From an uncultured Actinomycetota bacterium (GTDB lineage Bacteria; Actinomycetota; Actinomycetes; Streptosporangiales; Streptosporangiaceae), in contig CAWDVH010000001.1 in NCBI GenBank assembly GCA_963805705.1, forward strand, positions 2,829,198-2,893,197: a stretch of 64,000 bases of DNA, read 5' to 3'. Position 1 is the stretch's first letter; each line of letters begins with the position of its first letter. The translations under genes were made by a program, and so were the position numbers. Positions 63,018 to 64,000 of this stretch are shown in pieces. The notes beneath the pieces are model-generated. The model was not told where the DNA came from and did no database searches. It was given only the letters and a program-made list of their open reading frames with translations.

Positions 63018-63656
63018 GTGAATACGCCTCCCCCTGACCAGCAGCTGGCGGACGTGCTCGCGCGGACCGCGGAAGCACCAGTGCTGCCGATGGGCGACCC
63101 GCTTTTCCAGCGCCTGCTACGGCACCGGATTATCTTCCTTGGCCAGCAGGTCGACGATGACCTGGCCAACCGGATCTGCGCGGAGCTCGTGCTGCTGGCC
63201 GCAGAGGACTCCAAGCGCGACATCAGCCTGTACATCAACTCACCAGGCGGCTCGGTCAGCGCGGGCCTGGCCATCTACGACATGATGCAGTACGTGCCGA
63301 ACGATGTGGCCACCTACGCGATGGGCATGGCGGCATCAATGGGGCAGTTCCTGCTCTGCGCGGGCGCGGCCGGGAAGCGCTACGCGATGCCGCACGCGCA
63401 GGTCATGCTGCACCAGCCGCACGGCGGGATCGGCGGCACCGCGACCGACATCAGGATTCAGGCCGAGCAGATCCTCTACCTGAAGCGCACGCTGGCCGAG
63501 CGCACGGCGCTGCACACCGGCCAGACCGTGGAGCAGGTCGAGGCGGACTCCGACCGGGACCGCTGGTTCACCGCCGATCAGGCGAAGGACTACGGATTCG
63601 TCGATCACGTGGTTCGCAGCGCCGACGAAGTGCCGACCGTGGGGCCGGTCTCATGA
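63018..63656 (+). CDS. clpP: ATP-dependent Clp protease proteolytic subunit ClpP1
   Basis: [33 protein letters not shown] and Ser-His-Asp triad context. GTG start after GAGGAGGG. Confidence 0.9.
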   Translation: MNTPPPDQQLADVLARTAEAPVLPMGDPLFQRLLRHRIIFLGQQVDDDLANRICAELVLLAAEDSKRDISLYINSPGGSVSAGLAIYDMMQYVPNDVATYAMGMAASMGQFLLCAGAAGKRYAMPHAQVMLHQPHGGIGGTATDIRIQAEQILYLKRTLAERTALHTGQTVEQVEADSDRDRWFTADQAKDYGFVDHVVRSADEVPTVGPVS

Positions 63657-64000
63657 GAGCAGGAGCGGAGGATCCGGGCGTGATCACAGGAAAGGCCGGG
63701 CTCGCGGTGCCGCGACTGGCGGAGTCCAGGTACATTCTGCCGTCGTTCGTGGAGCGGACGTCGTACGGGGTCAAGGAGATGAACCCGTACAACAAGCTCT
63801 TCGAGGAGCGGATTATCTTCCTCGGCGTGCAGATCGACGACGCATCCGCCAATGACGTGATGGCGCAGCTGATTACCCTCGAGTCGATCGACCCGGATCG
63901 GGACATCCTGATCTACATCAACTCGCCGGGCGGCTCGATGACGTCGATGATGGCGATCTACGACACGATGCAGTACGTCCAGCCGGAAATCCAGACGTTC
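63653..64000 (+). CDS. clpP: ATP-dependent Clp protease proteolytic subunit ClpP2 (3' end lies outside the window)
   Basis: ATG overlapping the clpP1 stop. [14 protein letters not shown]...[12 protein letters not shown]...[22 protein letters not shown]. Confidence 0.85.
   Translation, partial: MRAGAEDPGVITGKAGLAVPRLAESRYILPSFVERTSYGVKEMNPYNKLFEERIIFLGVQIDDASANDVMAQLITLESIDPDRDILIYINSPGGSMTSMMAIYDTMQYVQPEIQTF

Overview
This is a high-GC (about 70%) actinobacterial chromosomal segment, Frankia/Streptomyces-like in gene content. Note that many long six-frame ORFs here are GC-skew shadow ORFs and were not called. Main blocks, in order:

- (i) 1-5 kb: the 3' end of an aldehyde dehydrogenase, a DUF318-like permease, a bacterial SET-domain protein and an Eis-like GNAT acetyltransferase.
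- (ii) 5-10.3 kb: a membrane-anchored PP2C phosphatase next to a complete minus-strand conservon, cvnA (sensor kinase-like), cvnB (Roadblock/LC7), cvnC (DUF742) and cvnD (GTPase).
- (iii) 10.9-20.1 kb: a hopanoid biosynthesis cluster, hpnC, hpnD, hpnE, a polyprenyl diphosphate synthase, squalene-hopene cyclase, an apparent in-frame HpnG::IspH fusion, and hpnH. It is followed by a GT-C-like membrane glycosyltransferase and a MacB/FtsX-type ABC exporter.
- (iv) 24-39 kb: a PAS-GAF-PP2C-HATPase partner-switching regulator, ribokinase, siderophore-interacting protein, a BtuF/TroA-like binding protein, an APH-like kinase, RidA, an NfeD-flotillin pair, an MBL hydrolase, an ArsR-like regulator plus membrane protein module, methyltransferases, SRPBCC and YciI proteins.
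- (v) 38.8-46.7 kb: a decayed integrative island at tRNA-Gly(TCC). It has two nearly identical 0.66-kb direct repeats (integrase pseudogene plus the 3' 48 nt of the tRNA) spaced 5118 bp apart, and cargo of a Zn-ribbon protein, an MFS transporter and two short CDF-like cation-efflux genes (one frameshifted). Next to it sit tRNA-Pro(TGG) and a frameshifted hicB-hicA toxin-antitoxin pair.
- (vi) 47-61 kb: a TM2-domain protein, a methyltransferase, DUF1905 and VOC-fragment proteins, a TPR-LuxR regulator, a second paralogous ArsR-like plus membrane module with opposite gene order, a secreted HExxH protein, an ABM monooxygenase, gluconokinase, tandem DUF574 methyltransferases (one with a 13-bp deletion) and an XRE/DUF397 pair.
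- (vii) 61-64 kb: tig-clpP1-clpP2.

Recurrent themes are short in-frame tandem repeats inside many genes and several apparent frameshifts (shc 5' end, cvnA 3' end, hicA/hicB, integrase, CDF, DUF574 copy). No CRISPR arrays and no rRNA were seen.
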